Below are positions 38,350 through 51,879 of a stretch of DNA of 64,000 nt, piece after piece. The stretch is from contig NC_042999.1 in assembly GCF_006345805.1 (NCBI RefSeq), forward strand, positions 48,794,001 through 48,858,000. Reading direction: 5' to 3'. Each line of letters begins with the position of its first letter. The stretch's first letter is position 1. Source of the stretch: Octopus sinensis (lineage: Eukaryota). The notes under the pieces are model-generated. The model was not told the DNA's origin. It did not search any database and worked only from the letters and a program-made list of their open reading frames with translations. The translations under genes and the position numbers were made by a program.

Positions 38350-41300
38350 TCAGGATAAACGACCTCAAACTAGTTATCACTAAAGATTTATTCTGAAACA
38401 CAATATCAAACCGAAAAGATGCATGCGTGGGCGGCAGGATGGCATGTTAGGTACGTGATAGCTAGATTAGGCACATCCTTCATTTACACAAGAGTGCATC
38501 ATAATGTATAGAATATATAGGAGACCATGTCAGACTCTATACTTGCATTCATTGGAAAATATATAGGCTGGTGACTTAGATGTAACAAAATGGTATTATC
38601 ATGTTCCAGGGGTCATGTTAGAATATTAAAGTGAAATAACTCAGAGTTATGTACAGTTTCACACAAAGAAGAACTTCAAAACAAGGCTACTGCATATCAT
38701 TGTCAAAGACGAGATATCAATGCCTTGTACATTAATCAGTGTGGCTGCTTCTTCAAATTAGAATAATATCCCAGTAAAAGTAAATGAAAATCGTTCGTAA
38801 TATAGAAGCTAGAAGAAATGAAATAGCCAGAATTTAGAATATTCATATAGGTTTTTTTGCATTATAGAAACACAAGCAACAGTGAAGTGTGTTACGGGGA
38901 AAATAGATTACTTAGAATTTTCTATTGATGAATTCAAAATAATTGCGTTCGAAATTAGTACGTATATCCTTCCGAAACACTAAACCAAATTTTATGAAAT
39001 TAACTCAACTTTTGAATTGCAAAAATACTCTGTAAGGCTAGATTATGTGAACCCTCAGAATAATGGCATTGTTTACAAGACCTGTGGACGGCATAACATA
39101 TTGTAAATGGTCATATTTTTATTCTGACGCACAAAGGCACACACACACAAGACACTCATAAAAGGTATAGTTCGTAAATTCCATTTGCCTACTCATGAAG
39201 ACTTCAAAATCTGTACAGACTGCTTGTTTATTACGCCACAATGGTCTCAACGAGAAGAATACCATTGCAACTCAGTGCATCTGATTGTCATCCTTGCATT
39301 CTGTTTGACCATATCTTGCACCTACAAACATGCGCACATACGCGCCCACGCACAAACACACACACGTATACACACACGTATAATATATATATGTATGTAT
39401 ATATATATATATATATATATAGTTAATCCAAACATGAAAACACAAACAGAAAACACAGCAACGCGAGGACGTGGAACAAGTATAGTGTTATTGGACGCTC
39501 AGGAGAGGAAAAAAGAAGGCGGATTTAACGTTTCGAGCAGAGCTCTTCGTCAGAAACATAGGAAAAGAAAAGATCCAAGGAAGGGAAGACGGAGGAAAAA
39601 ATCGCCAACGATACGCACGCGGTCACATATTGAGAATATATATATATATATAATATATATATATACCGTGAGAGACAGAGAGAAAGAGACTTCACAGTTT
39701 CTTCGACATAAGCTTGGAAATTTTCTTTCCAAGTGACAGTCCTACGCAAGAATTTTAGAGAACGCCATCCATTATCCAAGCAACTGCTGCTTTTCTCATA
39801 TTAAAAAAAAAAGGTAGGATAATGCCAGCAAGAATTTGGCATCAATGTCAACACAGGCCTTTCCATGAAACTCCAGAAAGGGGGAATTAAAAAAGGCATT
39901 CCTTTCAACAGTGGTATTTCCGACATTTGAGATTCCTGTATTGATGCCATATTTGTCAATCCCTAAATTATAGAAGCTGCAATATTATGTTCAGCTTTCT
40001 CATGCATGTAATGCATGATATTCTATCTGAAGCTGAGTTCACTCTGTCAGTCCGCTTACATTTATAAAGAATGAGACATAGTATGACTAAACGTAGATAT
40101 GTTAGGATGGCCAAGGCTACAATACTACAGAGAACATATCCGGCTATGGGAATTGGGACCAAACAATACCAAGCACAAATACGAAGCTTCTATTATGTTA
40201 TATGACTGTATTCTTCTTAATTGAATATTTGAATGTTTATTCATGTAAGAAGTATCAAAATTACTGGCTGTAGGAATGTCGAGTGAGTTCTTCATTTCTG
40301 AACATTTCTACATTATCAGTGTTAAAGTTCAGTTTTTATTTAGTAGAAATGAATTCACTGTTAGTTTTTATAGAATCTAAATATTGAAGATGCACAAACA
40401 AATATAACAACGTAGGTGTACTGACATTTAGCTTTTCAATCCACATAGGATTTGAACTTTGAAGTGAGGAAGCTTAGAAAATACTCTGCTATCACTGTTT
40501 TCTTCTCCACATTCAGTTGGTTGTAAATATTAACGCTCACACACAACAACAACAACAACACACCAGCAACAGCTCTACTAAATAATTATGAAAATTATAG
40601 AGAAAAATCAATATATATTCATAAACTGTATAAAAAATATATTTCTGTCCCAAACTTATTTTTTGGGCTTCAAAATACTATAAAAACTATAACATTTTGA
40701 AATATTCAGGTAGGATCTCTATCATATTTTTTGGAACGTTAAATTATGAATATTGTTACAAGATAGAAATAAAACATCATATATGATTTAGAAATATTAC
40801 AAAAAGGAAATGCTCTCACAACTAAAAATTTAAAGAAGCAGTAGATCTACAGCACATACATTTTTTATTGATAGTAGTTATCTAAATATAAAACATTTTC
40901 ATGATTTTTTCATTCCTCATCTTCCTTCCTACTACAACTGCTTGCTTAGAATATTTTATAGCAATTCGGAAACATTAACAGAAAAACATTTTAAAATAAT
41001 AGGTAACGTTTGAGGGTCACGTTAAGTTTCATGTATTAATAGGAGTTTGCTGGCTGTAGGAAAAAATTGTTTTAGCTCAATGAAAGGCTAGTCTGATTTT
41101 AGGGTTAGGGTTAGAAATATACAATATTGTACAGCCAATACAGAAGCTACAATGGGTTAATGCAAAACAAACCCCACTTTATGTAAAGCTTCGAATGAGT
41201 CTGCTGTTTATGTATAACTTCAGAGGAGCAAGATATCTGCAAACTATTTATAATGTCAACAAAATAAGATCCGGGTCGCTATAGTAAATGACATATTAAC

Positions 41301-41440
41301 ATTGTATAGAGTGACATATTGCTTAAAATGGGACAAATCGAACATACAACATTCGAGTTCAAGAAAACCCCGGGAATTGGAGGCCAGCTGATCGTTTGTA
41401 GAAAATTTCAGTAACAGGCACAAAATTGAATACGAAGACA
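38350..41440 (-). pseudogene. Decayed Toll-like-receptor-like gene B (LRRs, Cys clusters, TM, degenerate TIR)
   Basis: NVPKNMIEILPEYFKML*FL*YF; NTGISNVGNTTVERNAFFNSPFLE; CLDNGWRSLKFLRR; LRPLWRNKQAVC...ECLVCVCLC; TM ILAISFLLASILRTIFIYFYW; TIR-like FVTSKSPAYIFSNECKYRV. Confidence 0.5.
39522..39558 (-). ncRNA. Minimal type I hammerhead ribozyme motif with intact core
   Basis: Minus strand gttt CTGACGA a GAGC tct GCTC GAAA CGT T aaat: CUGANGA core, stem II, GAAA, palindromic ACGU stem III and a short stem I. Confidence 0.6.
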
Positions 41441-42609
41441 CATATATTTGAATGAATATAATTTATTAAGAAAATGATAGCATGTGTCGAAAAACCGTGT
41501 TGCTCATTGATGAAACGAGTAAATCAGACTCAATTAATTTCCCTTGTACAAGGAAAGTACAGAAAGAAAGATCGAAGTTGGTTACGTTGTGAACGAAATT
41601 CATTCTCAGAGACATGTACACTCGGCATAAGAACAACTGAAATTTCTAAAGGTTTGTTAAATCTTTTATCATTTCAGCCCAGAAGACGACAAGGATCGAA
41701 CAACAAAAGTAGATAATGATAAATATTTGACAACTGACGCCGATTAAAATATTTGTTTTAAATGTTAATTTTTGTCGATATTTAGAATACAACTAAGTAA
41801 ATATTGAAATGTTGGTAGTTTCATCTCTACTACAGATACTAGCAAGATCTACAGGATATACGAACAACAATGCATACAGTACACGACCATTTCTTAGCAG
41901 TGTAAGCTACAACACAAACTCATTATTCTTAGTTCTTCTGAGGTGTAGTGTACTTCTCGGATATAGCTGCTTACCATATTTCCACAACACGATATTTCAT
42001 TACTATAAAGATATTGGCTTGATACAAAACACTAATGATACATGTTCTTCAAAAACTCAGACCGATCTATCAGATGTGCTTTGAATACATAGTACTCTAC
42101 ATTAATATCAAACATAAAACACCAATATACACTAGCTGTATGGCAAGTACTACAAGGCTTCAGTATATCTGTTTCTACATCTATTAATCATTGTTCTTAA
42201 AGTCAGTTTATCGCATATAGTATTCCATCTATTGTTGCTCTGTTGTCTTCATATTTTTACCAGAGATGTCACCCTCTCGGCAAGTTCCGGATTTCTTCGA
42301 AATGGTTGTCTGCGTCAAATCCCAGGTGGTTTCATCTCTCCTACATCGCTATATACATTTGTAAAATACCTCATACCCAATTACATGAAATTTGAAAATA
42401 AGAGCACCCCAGCCACATACAATATAAAATAATAAGAGGTAGACAAACAGCGTGTTTACTGTTTTATCAGAGCACGTTTTATCGATTTGTTGTGTCATGT
42501 AACTAACTGTAATGGTACTGTTATCAGGGATCTTTGACAATGATAGCAGTTTGATAGGCTCTTTTCGATTATACTAGGGAACACGCACATAGAAATGGGT
42601 ACATTCATA

Positions 42610-43030
42610 TACAATGGGGTATCCGAAAATAACTGAGACAGTGAGACAGACCTGTTGTAGTCCAGACTTTCGCCGCTAGAAACTACTCGATGCGACCCTC
42701 AGGTTTTGGTTTGCCAGTGCTTCTCTCATGTTCGTCGATTTTTGCGATGACCAAAACGAAGAATCAGCCCGATTTTGTGAAATTCTGTTTCATGCGTCCG
42801 AAACAGTTGCCATGCTTAAAACAGCGTAGAAGGACGCTGTCATGAGCAATACTCAAGTTTACGCGTGGTTTTAAGTTTTCCCTTGATCAATCTTGTTCAG
42901 GATGATCGTCGACCGCCCGTTCGAATGAAAACATGAGAATTTATGAACGGTTTTTGGAGAACCGTCAACGAAATAATTATGAAGCGGATATTGTGTCTCA
43001 TTGGGAACTTAAGTAGGAAAAATTAAGGGT
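42610..43030 (+). mobile_element. Mariner transposon 5' remnant inserted in gene A
   Basis: FCEILFHASETVAMLKTA*KDAVMSNTQVYAWF matches the mariner N-terminal HTH. Confidence 0.8.
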
Positions 43031-43904
43031 AAGGGAAAGTTTTATCTCTAATTTGTTAAGGTCAGTCACATTGCTACTCACTGACATTGCATGATAATTA
43101 AAATATTTGTATGCATATTTATATTAATACACATATAAATATATATCTGCAGGAATATATATATATATTTGTGCCGTTGTGCGTGTGTGTTCATGTATAT
43201 TAATGTGTGTGTATATACACAGTGAATGAAGAAGTCGGAGGTACGCACAAACAAAGCCTGGAAGATTGCATGCATACATACATACATACATACATACACA
43301 TACATACATCTACATAAAAAGTATAGCTCACGTTATAGAAACAAATTTATGCTTCACTTTAGGAGTAAATTAAATATGTTTCTGTCAGTAGTTATTACTG
43401 TACCATTTTAAACACCTCCTATTATTCCCCATTTTGTAATTCTTAATGAAATAATTTTATGAAAGTCAGTAATCCTCTTAGCATTTTTAAAATATACATT
43501 TCTGTTTTTGGAATTCAGCGAATCAATGAATGCATTTAGAAATGCGGAATCTTTAACACCAGTGTTTCACAGCAATTTAGATTTTAACCTCTGCTGACCA
43601 AACCCGTGAACCTTTATGTGACGAAGTTCTATTGAACAGGCAAGTTAGTGTAGATATATATGTAAATAACTTGTAAGTTTCTGTAATATGGAATCCGGAA
43701 CACCACACAGATTTGCATATATAATACGTTGTTGAAATCTGTCAAGAACCTTTGGATCATTATGATAAAATAAGATTATATTTTCATGGAAACAAATTTT
43801 CACCGGCCTGGTATTTTTCAAGTCCTTTATAAATAATTATAAAATATTAACTCTCTTATTAAATATAATTAGATATAATTACATTCAATATATCTAATTA
43901 GTAA

Positions 43905-43907
43905 AAA

Positions 43908-43988
<81 letters not shown>

Positions 43989-44000
43989 TGTATGTATGTA
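43905..44000. repeat. (AT)n/(ATGT)n microsatellite inside gene A
   Basis: Direct inspection. Confidence 0.97.
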
Positions 44001-47000
44001 CTATATTTTAGAGGTTTTAATTACATTTGCACACATATACCTCTTACAAATAGCATTTCATTCATTTTTATTACTGTAATCCTCTATCATGTATACCTAA
44101 CAGCTGCATTTTACCATTTTATTATCAATCATTCCGTTAACCTTAGTTCATTTCTCCAATCCATATGACGAATTTTAGGTCTGAAGATTTTAAAGTAGTC
44201 GCTAATTTCTTGTCGTCATTCAAGTCACATCCAAATGATAATTAATGCATGTTGGAGTACAAAGGTGTTTGTGCAGGGAATGTTAGTTATGGGAATTGCT
44301 AATTCCACCGAAATGTGACGCGTATTTAAATATCATCTGAAATATATTATAGGACCATTTGTTAAGATAATAATCAACTTTCTTTATCATATTCTCACTT
44401 AAAATTTCGCAAGTATTTTCATATATCAATAAAATTAAATTTATTTAATGAAATGGTTTAGGAAGAAATACTGGAATACTTAACTAATATACTAAAATGT
44501 GGTGGGAAATGTGTTTACACTTGTTCTCTTATAATTTTTATGTGACATCATATAGTTTAAAGCAATCTAATTCGATGTTGTAGTGACATCTTTTGTATCC
44601 ATGAAATTAGTATCCACGAAATTGTAAATACAACTAATGCGATCTGTTTAACAAATGGATGTCTGTGGTTCGCAATACATGAACCTCTGAACAATTTTTA
44701 CATGCTTTAGTTCAATATCCCTTACTACTAAAATAGTCACCAGTTGTTTTGATGATAGATGCTTACAAAACGTAGCGGGAATGGCACATAGCTTTATAAC
44801 TTATCCTCAAGTATAAGAGTGATTTGTTTTCATTAACTTTAAATTTTAATGCACATTATATTGTTCTTGCATCAAAAGAAATTCTAACACAAATTTTAGA
44901 GGATGGTATTATATCGTCAAGTAATATACACAATGACGTGTCAATGTAATATATCATCAACACATATAATTATTTTTATGAACTTTGTAATATGCGTTTT
45001 GCAATTTCCATGAATAATATAAATTTTAATTTCTGTTTTTCTTTTGTATGAGTTATCTCGGCATTAAAAGCACATTTCTCTTACTTGACAGCGAAAGTGT
45101 TAAATTAAAATACATGAGCATTGCAAGTTACATGGAAATTGCTTTTATTCTTCTTTGTTTTTATATTTTACTCACCATAAAATATCACGTTCAAACAAAA
45201 CGAAAATGGTCAAAATATCAATGAAAGTGGTGTATATGTTTTTGTTTTTACATTCTTCTCATACATGATATATGACTTTAATATACTTAAAAAAGTTACA
45301 TTACCTAAGATAAGTCCAGATACAATGAACACATTAATAGTTAGCAATGACAGCAATAAAACACTTTATTACATTCGTTCTTCTGGTTCACTGTGTGTCA
45401 CACAATTATTTGCACAGTATATCCTCCGCGTAACGTGACAGTGAATTTTATTTCTGCTGCCTGAAGGAGGAAACTTCCAGGACCATAACCTGTGACCACT
45501 AGTCACACAATATAATACAACATTGTTACCTTCGGCTTGTTGGTTATTTAACTTACAACTACACTGTGTCTAATCGATGAGAACAGTGACATAATAAAAA
45601 AACGTGTACGCATTAAAGGATGAATGGATTCAAGAGTGTTACCCGCCATCCACATTAAATGTACATCTGTTTGCACATTATAATCTCGGTCTGTTTCGTA
45701 TCTACGGGAGAATGAAGTTAGCCTTCAACTTATATTACTGGATTTTAATTGTTTGGATGCATATGAACTACTGAAGGGAGATAATATACTGATGAGACAA
45801 TTAGTGCATAGTAACCAGCTTCAGTTAAGAGTAAATAAGATTTTAAGTACTCGCAGCAACATAATGTGCGTAAATATGAAATGGTAATGACTCAGTGGCT
45901 AACGATAGGATCAAATATGGCTAAAAAAATTGGGTGATCTCTTTAGCTAGAGTTTCCAACTCTTGGGTAATAACTAAAAAGAAGACGGGTCTCTTTGGCA
46001 ATTTTTAGCAACCCTTTTGCTGAAAAGAACACCCGAACTTTTAAAATTAAATGAAAACAGTGAATGAGTATATTGGTAAATTTTTCTTGCCCACTAGCTG
46101 TTTTGCGGCACTACAGCAGAAAATGGGTCTTCATTCTGTTTCTGCTCTGTAATATATTATGTGGCGGAAGGAAATCAACAGGAGAGCGAGGGACCGTCAT
46201 CTATGAAAGAAAGGAATATAATAAGAAGTTAAGTGAAGAGTGTTGGACATTCGGAAGAGTCCACTAGGAATGTGATCTCAGTAAAACATCAGCTTATAAA
46301 TCGAATTGAAAAACTGTGGCAAAATCTTAAAACACGAAGGGTTATCCAAATAATGTGCAAATGTGATTCAAACCAAGGCCAATGAAAATATTCAAAAGTG
46401 AACAGAACAGAGAGATGGATACAATTTTATGACGCTATTAAATATTTTAATAATTGATATCAGCGGATGCTCTAGGCTAGTTGGTTTGGAAGACAGTTTA
46501 GGAAAATGAGCAAAAAATGACCAGAATGTACACAGTCGCAAAGGTGTAGGCGAATAAAAATTACTAACCTTCTAAAAGCTAAAATATACTGGGATGGACA
46601 AAGGTAGACAAGAAGAAATTCATCACGTACGAAGGAACATATCAGAGACAACTAACAGAAAAGTAAAAATAGAAGTTGACAAAATAGGAAAGTATCTCAG
46701 ATCATCCTTTAACATCAAACCACGTGAGAAAAAAATGTGATGTAATAATTTAACTTTCCATTTTTCCATCTGTAATCTGTGCTATTTGTAAGAAAGTAAA
46801 GATTTTACCGTACGGCATGTGTTACTGTAGCTGGTGATCAGCTAAGAGCAATCCCTCCAAAAGGATTCAGAGCGTGAGCATATATCGATTCGATTTGCCT
46901 TCAAAAAGAACCATGTTACATACATTCAGCGTCATTGTATGTTTGTTTTACTTTTTAAAAGTTTTTACTGATTGTATTATTCTACGACGTTTCTTAGTTT

Positions 47001-47697
47001 AAAAGAATCAACCGTTTTTATTACTCACCACACCGTGCCAAGTTCTATAATAAATAGAAGATTTTGAGACATGGACCTTACTCCAAATCGGCAGAGGCCT
47101 TGTCAGCGAAGACACTAAGAGATCATTTCGAAGAATCAGCTTTCTTTCGCAGATATTACCTACCAGAAAACTTTCAGACGTCGTAGTAATTAAAGATGAT
47201 ATTAATGATAGTGACACTGCTGTGTTACTACCATTAATAACAGCATGAGCAATAACTGTAACATGCATAGGAATAAAAACAAAAGCAATAGAACAACACA
47301 AGCAACAGTAAGAACATTCAGATATTCCATTGCTTATTGTTGTTTCCATTACCATAGCGTTATTAGAGGTCAAAGCAATAGGATAATAGTTAGCTGGGTG
47401 AGAGTATTACCTGTCCCTGGAAAGGAACACACCTAGGCATTAGAATATATAACCATCGAGATCCATAGATGTGTTTGGATACTCTTTCACTGAAAAGCCA
47501 GTTCAATCTAATAGTATTCTGCTTATGATGTTCATTATTATGAAATGTATCTTAACTGACACTCTATTGCACGAAAATACAATGAATGTTCCATAAGATG
47601 ATGTATTCTCAGATATATTGCTCCAGGAAATAAATACATAAGCATCGTTGCAACACAATTGTGTGAACCACAGTCGTAGCCCTGTTACAAGTAAATA

Positions 47698-48240
47698 TTG
47701 GCTTGTCCGGAAAGTTCGTGCCGATTTTTAAAAGAAAGTAAAAGGTCAATAAATACTTGTCATTACATTTTTAATCAACCAAATATGAACCATTTTGTTA
47801 CAAAATGCCTCTCCATCTTTCCTTTAACTTGAAAATACCCTCTTCCCAGAAGTGAGGTGGTTTCATGGCAAAGAATCCATCAAGTTATCTTTTTACGTCA
47901 ACCAAGGAATTGCAATTTTTACCATTAAAACTATTCTGCAGAGACATGAATAAGTGGAAATCCGAAGGAGCAATATCTGATGAATATAGAAGGTGGGGTA
48001 ACACATCCCAGCCGAGCTGCAGCAATTTTTTTCTGCTTCCCAATGTATCAAGTGCTGAAAGGGAACTTTCTTATCTTCCATCTTAAAGGGTTACAGAATT
48101 AACAAAGGTTATAGGAACATAAATCTACTTCCACAAAAAGATAGCTTAAACTGTCTTCTAAATGGAGGTGTAGTCAAATCGTATTTTATGGATTCAAGGT
48201 AACCTACTATAAATCGGCCCGTACTTTCCGGACCACCCAA
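47698..48240 (-). mobile_element. Internally deleted mariner with both TIRs and TA target duplication
   Basis: TA-ttggcttgtccggaaagttcgtgccgattt ... aaatcggcccgtactttccggaccacccaa-TA; minus strand WDVLPHLLYSSDIAPSDFHLFMSLQN (YSPDLAPSD motif). Confidence 0.9.
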
Positions 48241-48594
48241 TATTTCAGCAATAAAGAGCGATATTTTTCTTTCTGATTGTCAGTGGAGAATTCCTCATGA
48301 AATATTTACCGAAATTTGCACAAATTTTTACAAATATCTCACTATAATGCATGAGGAAGAATACTGAAACTACAAAATTGTCCAACGCCAGATGCATGCT
48401 CAACCAGAAACACAGCACCAGAGATATAAACTTTTGAGTTAAACATATAGATTTATTGAAATACTATTTCGATTTCTGTTTTCCATTAACTTTTTCTAAC
48501 AAATATCGCGCTAAAGTTTTTGATATGCATGTAAGTGTAACATAGCCCACTTAGACAAATGCTTTGAATTTCTTTTTCTTTTATATTTGAAGGA

Positions 48595-48750
48595 TATTTT
48601 CGTCCGTTCTGAGTTCAAATTCAGCTGAGGTTGACTTTGCCTTTCATTCTTTCGGGGTCGATAAAATGAACACTGGGATCGATGCATTCGACTTACCACC
48701 TATCCGCGAAACTGCTGGCCTTGTGCTGAAATTTGAAATCGATATTAGAA
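48595..48750 (+). mobile_element. tRNA-derived SINE fragment (family of 3860-4050)
   Basis: ttctgagttcaaattc...gactttgcctttcattctttcggggtcgataaaatga. Confidence 0.8.
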
Positions 48751-50167
48751 GGTTATTGATTTTTGTTCTGTGCATACGGCATAGTCTATCTGATAGCGCC
48801 TTTGTAGCTGCCGATTTATCTCAAGCCAGTAATATCCATCTTTATCACTGCCAAGCTAAGGATTTCTGGAAATTCCTCGGCCTGGATATCCTCCAAAAGA
48901 TAGAGGCTCCATCTTCATTAGGTCTACATTTACTCTGAGAACGTCATCGCTGCTCTAGACTATTATGAACACGACTGTAATCTTTGAGGAAGTGTATCCT
49001 TTTAGGGTTCACATTGTATGAACACGGGAAATATGAAAGACAATTCGTTCTCAGTGAGTTTACGAGGTCAGAATATTAAAATAAGTCCCTTTATAACGAA
49101 GAGGTATTTTTTTCTGTAGGTTAAAGCAATTATAACGTAAAGATGCAAAGCAACTACAAGTCCGGGATAATTTATTTTATAGTATCCAGTATCCAATTGT
49201 AAAAATTAATAATTGGTGGAATGTGAGGGATGTAAGTGGAATGGAATTTGTGCTAACAATAAACTTGATGGGGAAGAAGAACTTCATTTGCTGACCGGAA
49301 TGAATATATTCTGAGATTGATTGTTTTAGAATACATAACGAAGCACTATTAATAACTGTAGTTGTAACATGTACAATGTAACAATGATTAGCTGTCAGCA
49401 ATTCCATGTATACTCAAATTAGATTGTGTAGGAGAATGACAGAGAATCATAAGGAAAATGCAGGTATTGAATACAGATATTGAATAACGTCACGTAAATC
49501 CAGCACTACACGATGCATAGACTTAGTGATGGAAAATACCTTCGAAAACAAAATAGCTACGGATTACAGATAAGTAATACGCTAAGGATAAAATCAGCGT
49601 GGAGTGAGTATCAATAATTAGCGTATTCGATACTTGACAAACTGCAAAGTTTTTGTGCATCGTGATTGCTTGTTTAGACACAATATCGATGGAAGTTGAA
49701 AGACAAATAATTAAGTTATAGGAAAGAAAATTATTGATATGCAGGATGATTGTACTGCATGGGTGTTAAACAGAAAATACTGTTAAATGTATTGTACAAA
49801 ATTAATTTGAAAAACTGTACAGCCATTAAATTGCATATTCTAATATTTTGACAAGGACTAAATTTAGTTTAAAATTAAAATAATAAGAATTATTATTATT
49901 TTTTTGACCATTTATTTCATTGAAAATTATAGTAAATATATAAATTATAGAAACTATGTGCATAGAAAATATATGTATCCATATCATTGAAAGGTAAGTC
50001 CACCCGTTGGTATTTGGTCACATAATGTAGTTGTATCAAATTTCATGGCCTGATGCATAGAGAGAGATGATTTAATTTTCTGCTGCTCCAATCATCTCTT
50101 GGAAGGATTTCAGACTTAACCATATGCCAATGTTTTTTTTTTCTTTTTGTGACAGAGTATGACCAAT

Positions 50168-50420
50168 TGTGGAGGTGCGTGTCTTAGTGGTTAGGGTGTC
50201 AGCATCATGATCGTAAGATTGTAGTTTCGATTCCTGGACCGGGCGACGCGTTGTACTCTTGAGGAAAACAACTCATTTCGCGTTGCTCCAGTTCACCCAC
50301 CTGGCAAAAATGAGTAACACTGCGACGAAATGACGTCCGATCTAGCTGGGGAACACATATGCCATGGAAACCGGGAAACCGGGCCCACGAGCCTGGCTAG
50401 GCTTCAAAAGGGCGCATTTA
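50168..50420 (+). mobile_element. Full-length tRNA-derived SINE
   Basis: gtggaggtgcgtgtcttagtggttaggg (A-box-like) ...gtttcgattcctggacc (B-box-like) ...ctggctaggcttcaaaagggcgcattta. Confidence 0.8.
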
Positions 50421-51399
50421 TTTTATTTATTATGATCAATTACATGCATTTAATATTTGACTTCTATTATTATTATTTTTTTTATTGAACCCAGATTCGG
50501 GATATGAAAAGCTGACGCTAATGACATTTAAAACTCTCCGCGATGCTAAAAAGAATGATTGTATTTATTCTCTAGAATGCATACATTGTTCTCTTATGTA
50601 GTTTCAATTTTCGTCACACTTATCACTTTGTCAAACTAAGCAGATGCTTCTAAACGTCATCATTATATATTCAGTAGTATAAAAATAGCTATTTAATATA
50701 AATACTTATATCAATATTGTTTACATTCGACTTTTCCTTGTACTATCTCTTTGGGTCCTCTGAATATTTACAGCCTAGATTAATATATACAATGGTTTGT
50801 TAATTGGAATTGTTCGGTAGATTTGTTGAGAAAGAACCGGAATTAGAAATAAGTGTAGGGAGAAATTTTCAATTTGCATAGAAAATAAGATAGGTATGAA
50901 ATTGAAGTTCATCCATTATTTTTTCATACAAATTTTATTATACTCAAATAATATCTGATTTGCTGTAGTGTAAATATGTATTGGAATACGAAATAGAATT
51001 TTAGCGTTCATAAAAAATTTCTTTTATTTTAAAATTTCCATGAAAATTTTGTATTCAACTAAGAAAGAACGAATTCATAAAACCTAGCTAAAAACATAAC
51101 TTTCGGGTTAAATTTCAAAACTTCTCTACCAATCAAATAATGCGACTCTTCATACGTATTCGATAATTGACAAACGCCTCACTTCAGCTTATTCAGGTTT
51201 TTTTATTTATGTATATATATTTACTATGTTTACATTTATTTATGTATAATGTCTAGTAATTTTTGTGTCGTAATGTTTCACTTTTATATATTTCTTTTGA
51301 ACATATCAAATAATCAGTGAATACATCTATTTCAAATTTAACCTCTCTCTCAATACGTGTATGCGTGTGTCTGTATACGCGTACGTGAGTGCGTGTGTT

Positions 51400-51445
<46 letters not shown>

Positions 51446-51879
51446 TAGATAAATTTTCATATATATCCATGGATAGATAAACAAATAGATATATACATAT
51501 AAACGTATATATGTACATACGTAACTATATATATACATACTCAGATAAACACATATGCACACAACCATGGACACACACGCACAAACACACATACACACAC
51601 ATATCTAAACGAGTTTATATTATTGAACAAGTTCATGAAAGCTGAAAACATTTGTTCATCTCGGCGGTTATTGTTGGTGTAAAGCTCGTCTCCCACCAAT
51701 ATTTGTGTCTTTATAAGAACAAATGTATGAAGAGATATCCTGTCAAACTAAAACCAGAGTATCAACGCGTCAGCGGTGTATAAACATTGTGATATGCAGA
51801 AACCTCTCTCGGTGGTCTATCTCTCATTCACTCTCTCCCACTCTTTCTCTCTGTCTCTCACTATATGTATCTATCTGTC

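Larger units (their letters stand above)
41700..45000 (-). pseudogene. Decayed LRR-LRRCT-TM gene A with cytoplasmic B-box-like zinc fingers
   Basis: ~165-codon frame at 43330-43825 with few stops (LQKLTSYLHIYLH, LRHIKVHGF, TDRNIFNLL); ILSENMIKKV; YPFLCACSLV (LRRCT); TM TLFVYLLLFYIVCGWGALIF; CSLHC*EMVVYCMHCCSYI/CRSC. Confidence 0.55.

Noticed and set aside
39830-39990. Plus-strand AP-endonuclease-like phrase (DSCIDAIFVNP)
   Set aside because: A single short motif; the minus-strand LRR reading is consistent with its neighbours
41095-41115. ttagggttagggttag telomere-like repeat
   Set aside because: Under three units; more likely part of a small interspersed repeat or chance
42160-42340. RING finger before the B-boxes (HFEEIRNLPRG*HLW)
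   Set aside because: Required cysteines are missing and there is too little room for a full RING
46000-49000. Weak RTE-like phrases (FETWTL at ~47065; RISRPRN at ~48880)
   Set aside because: Isolated motifs without collinear support
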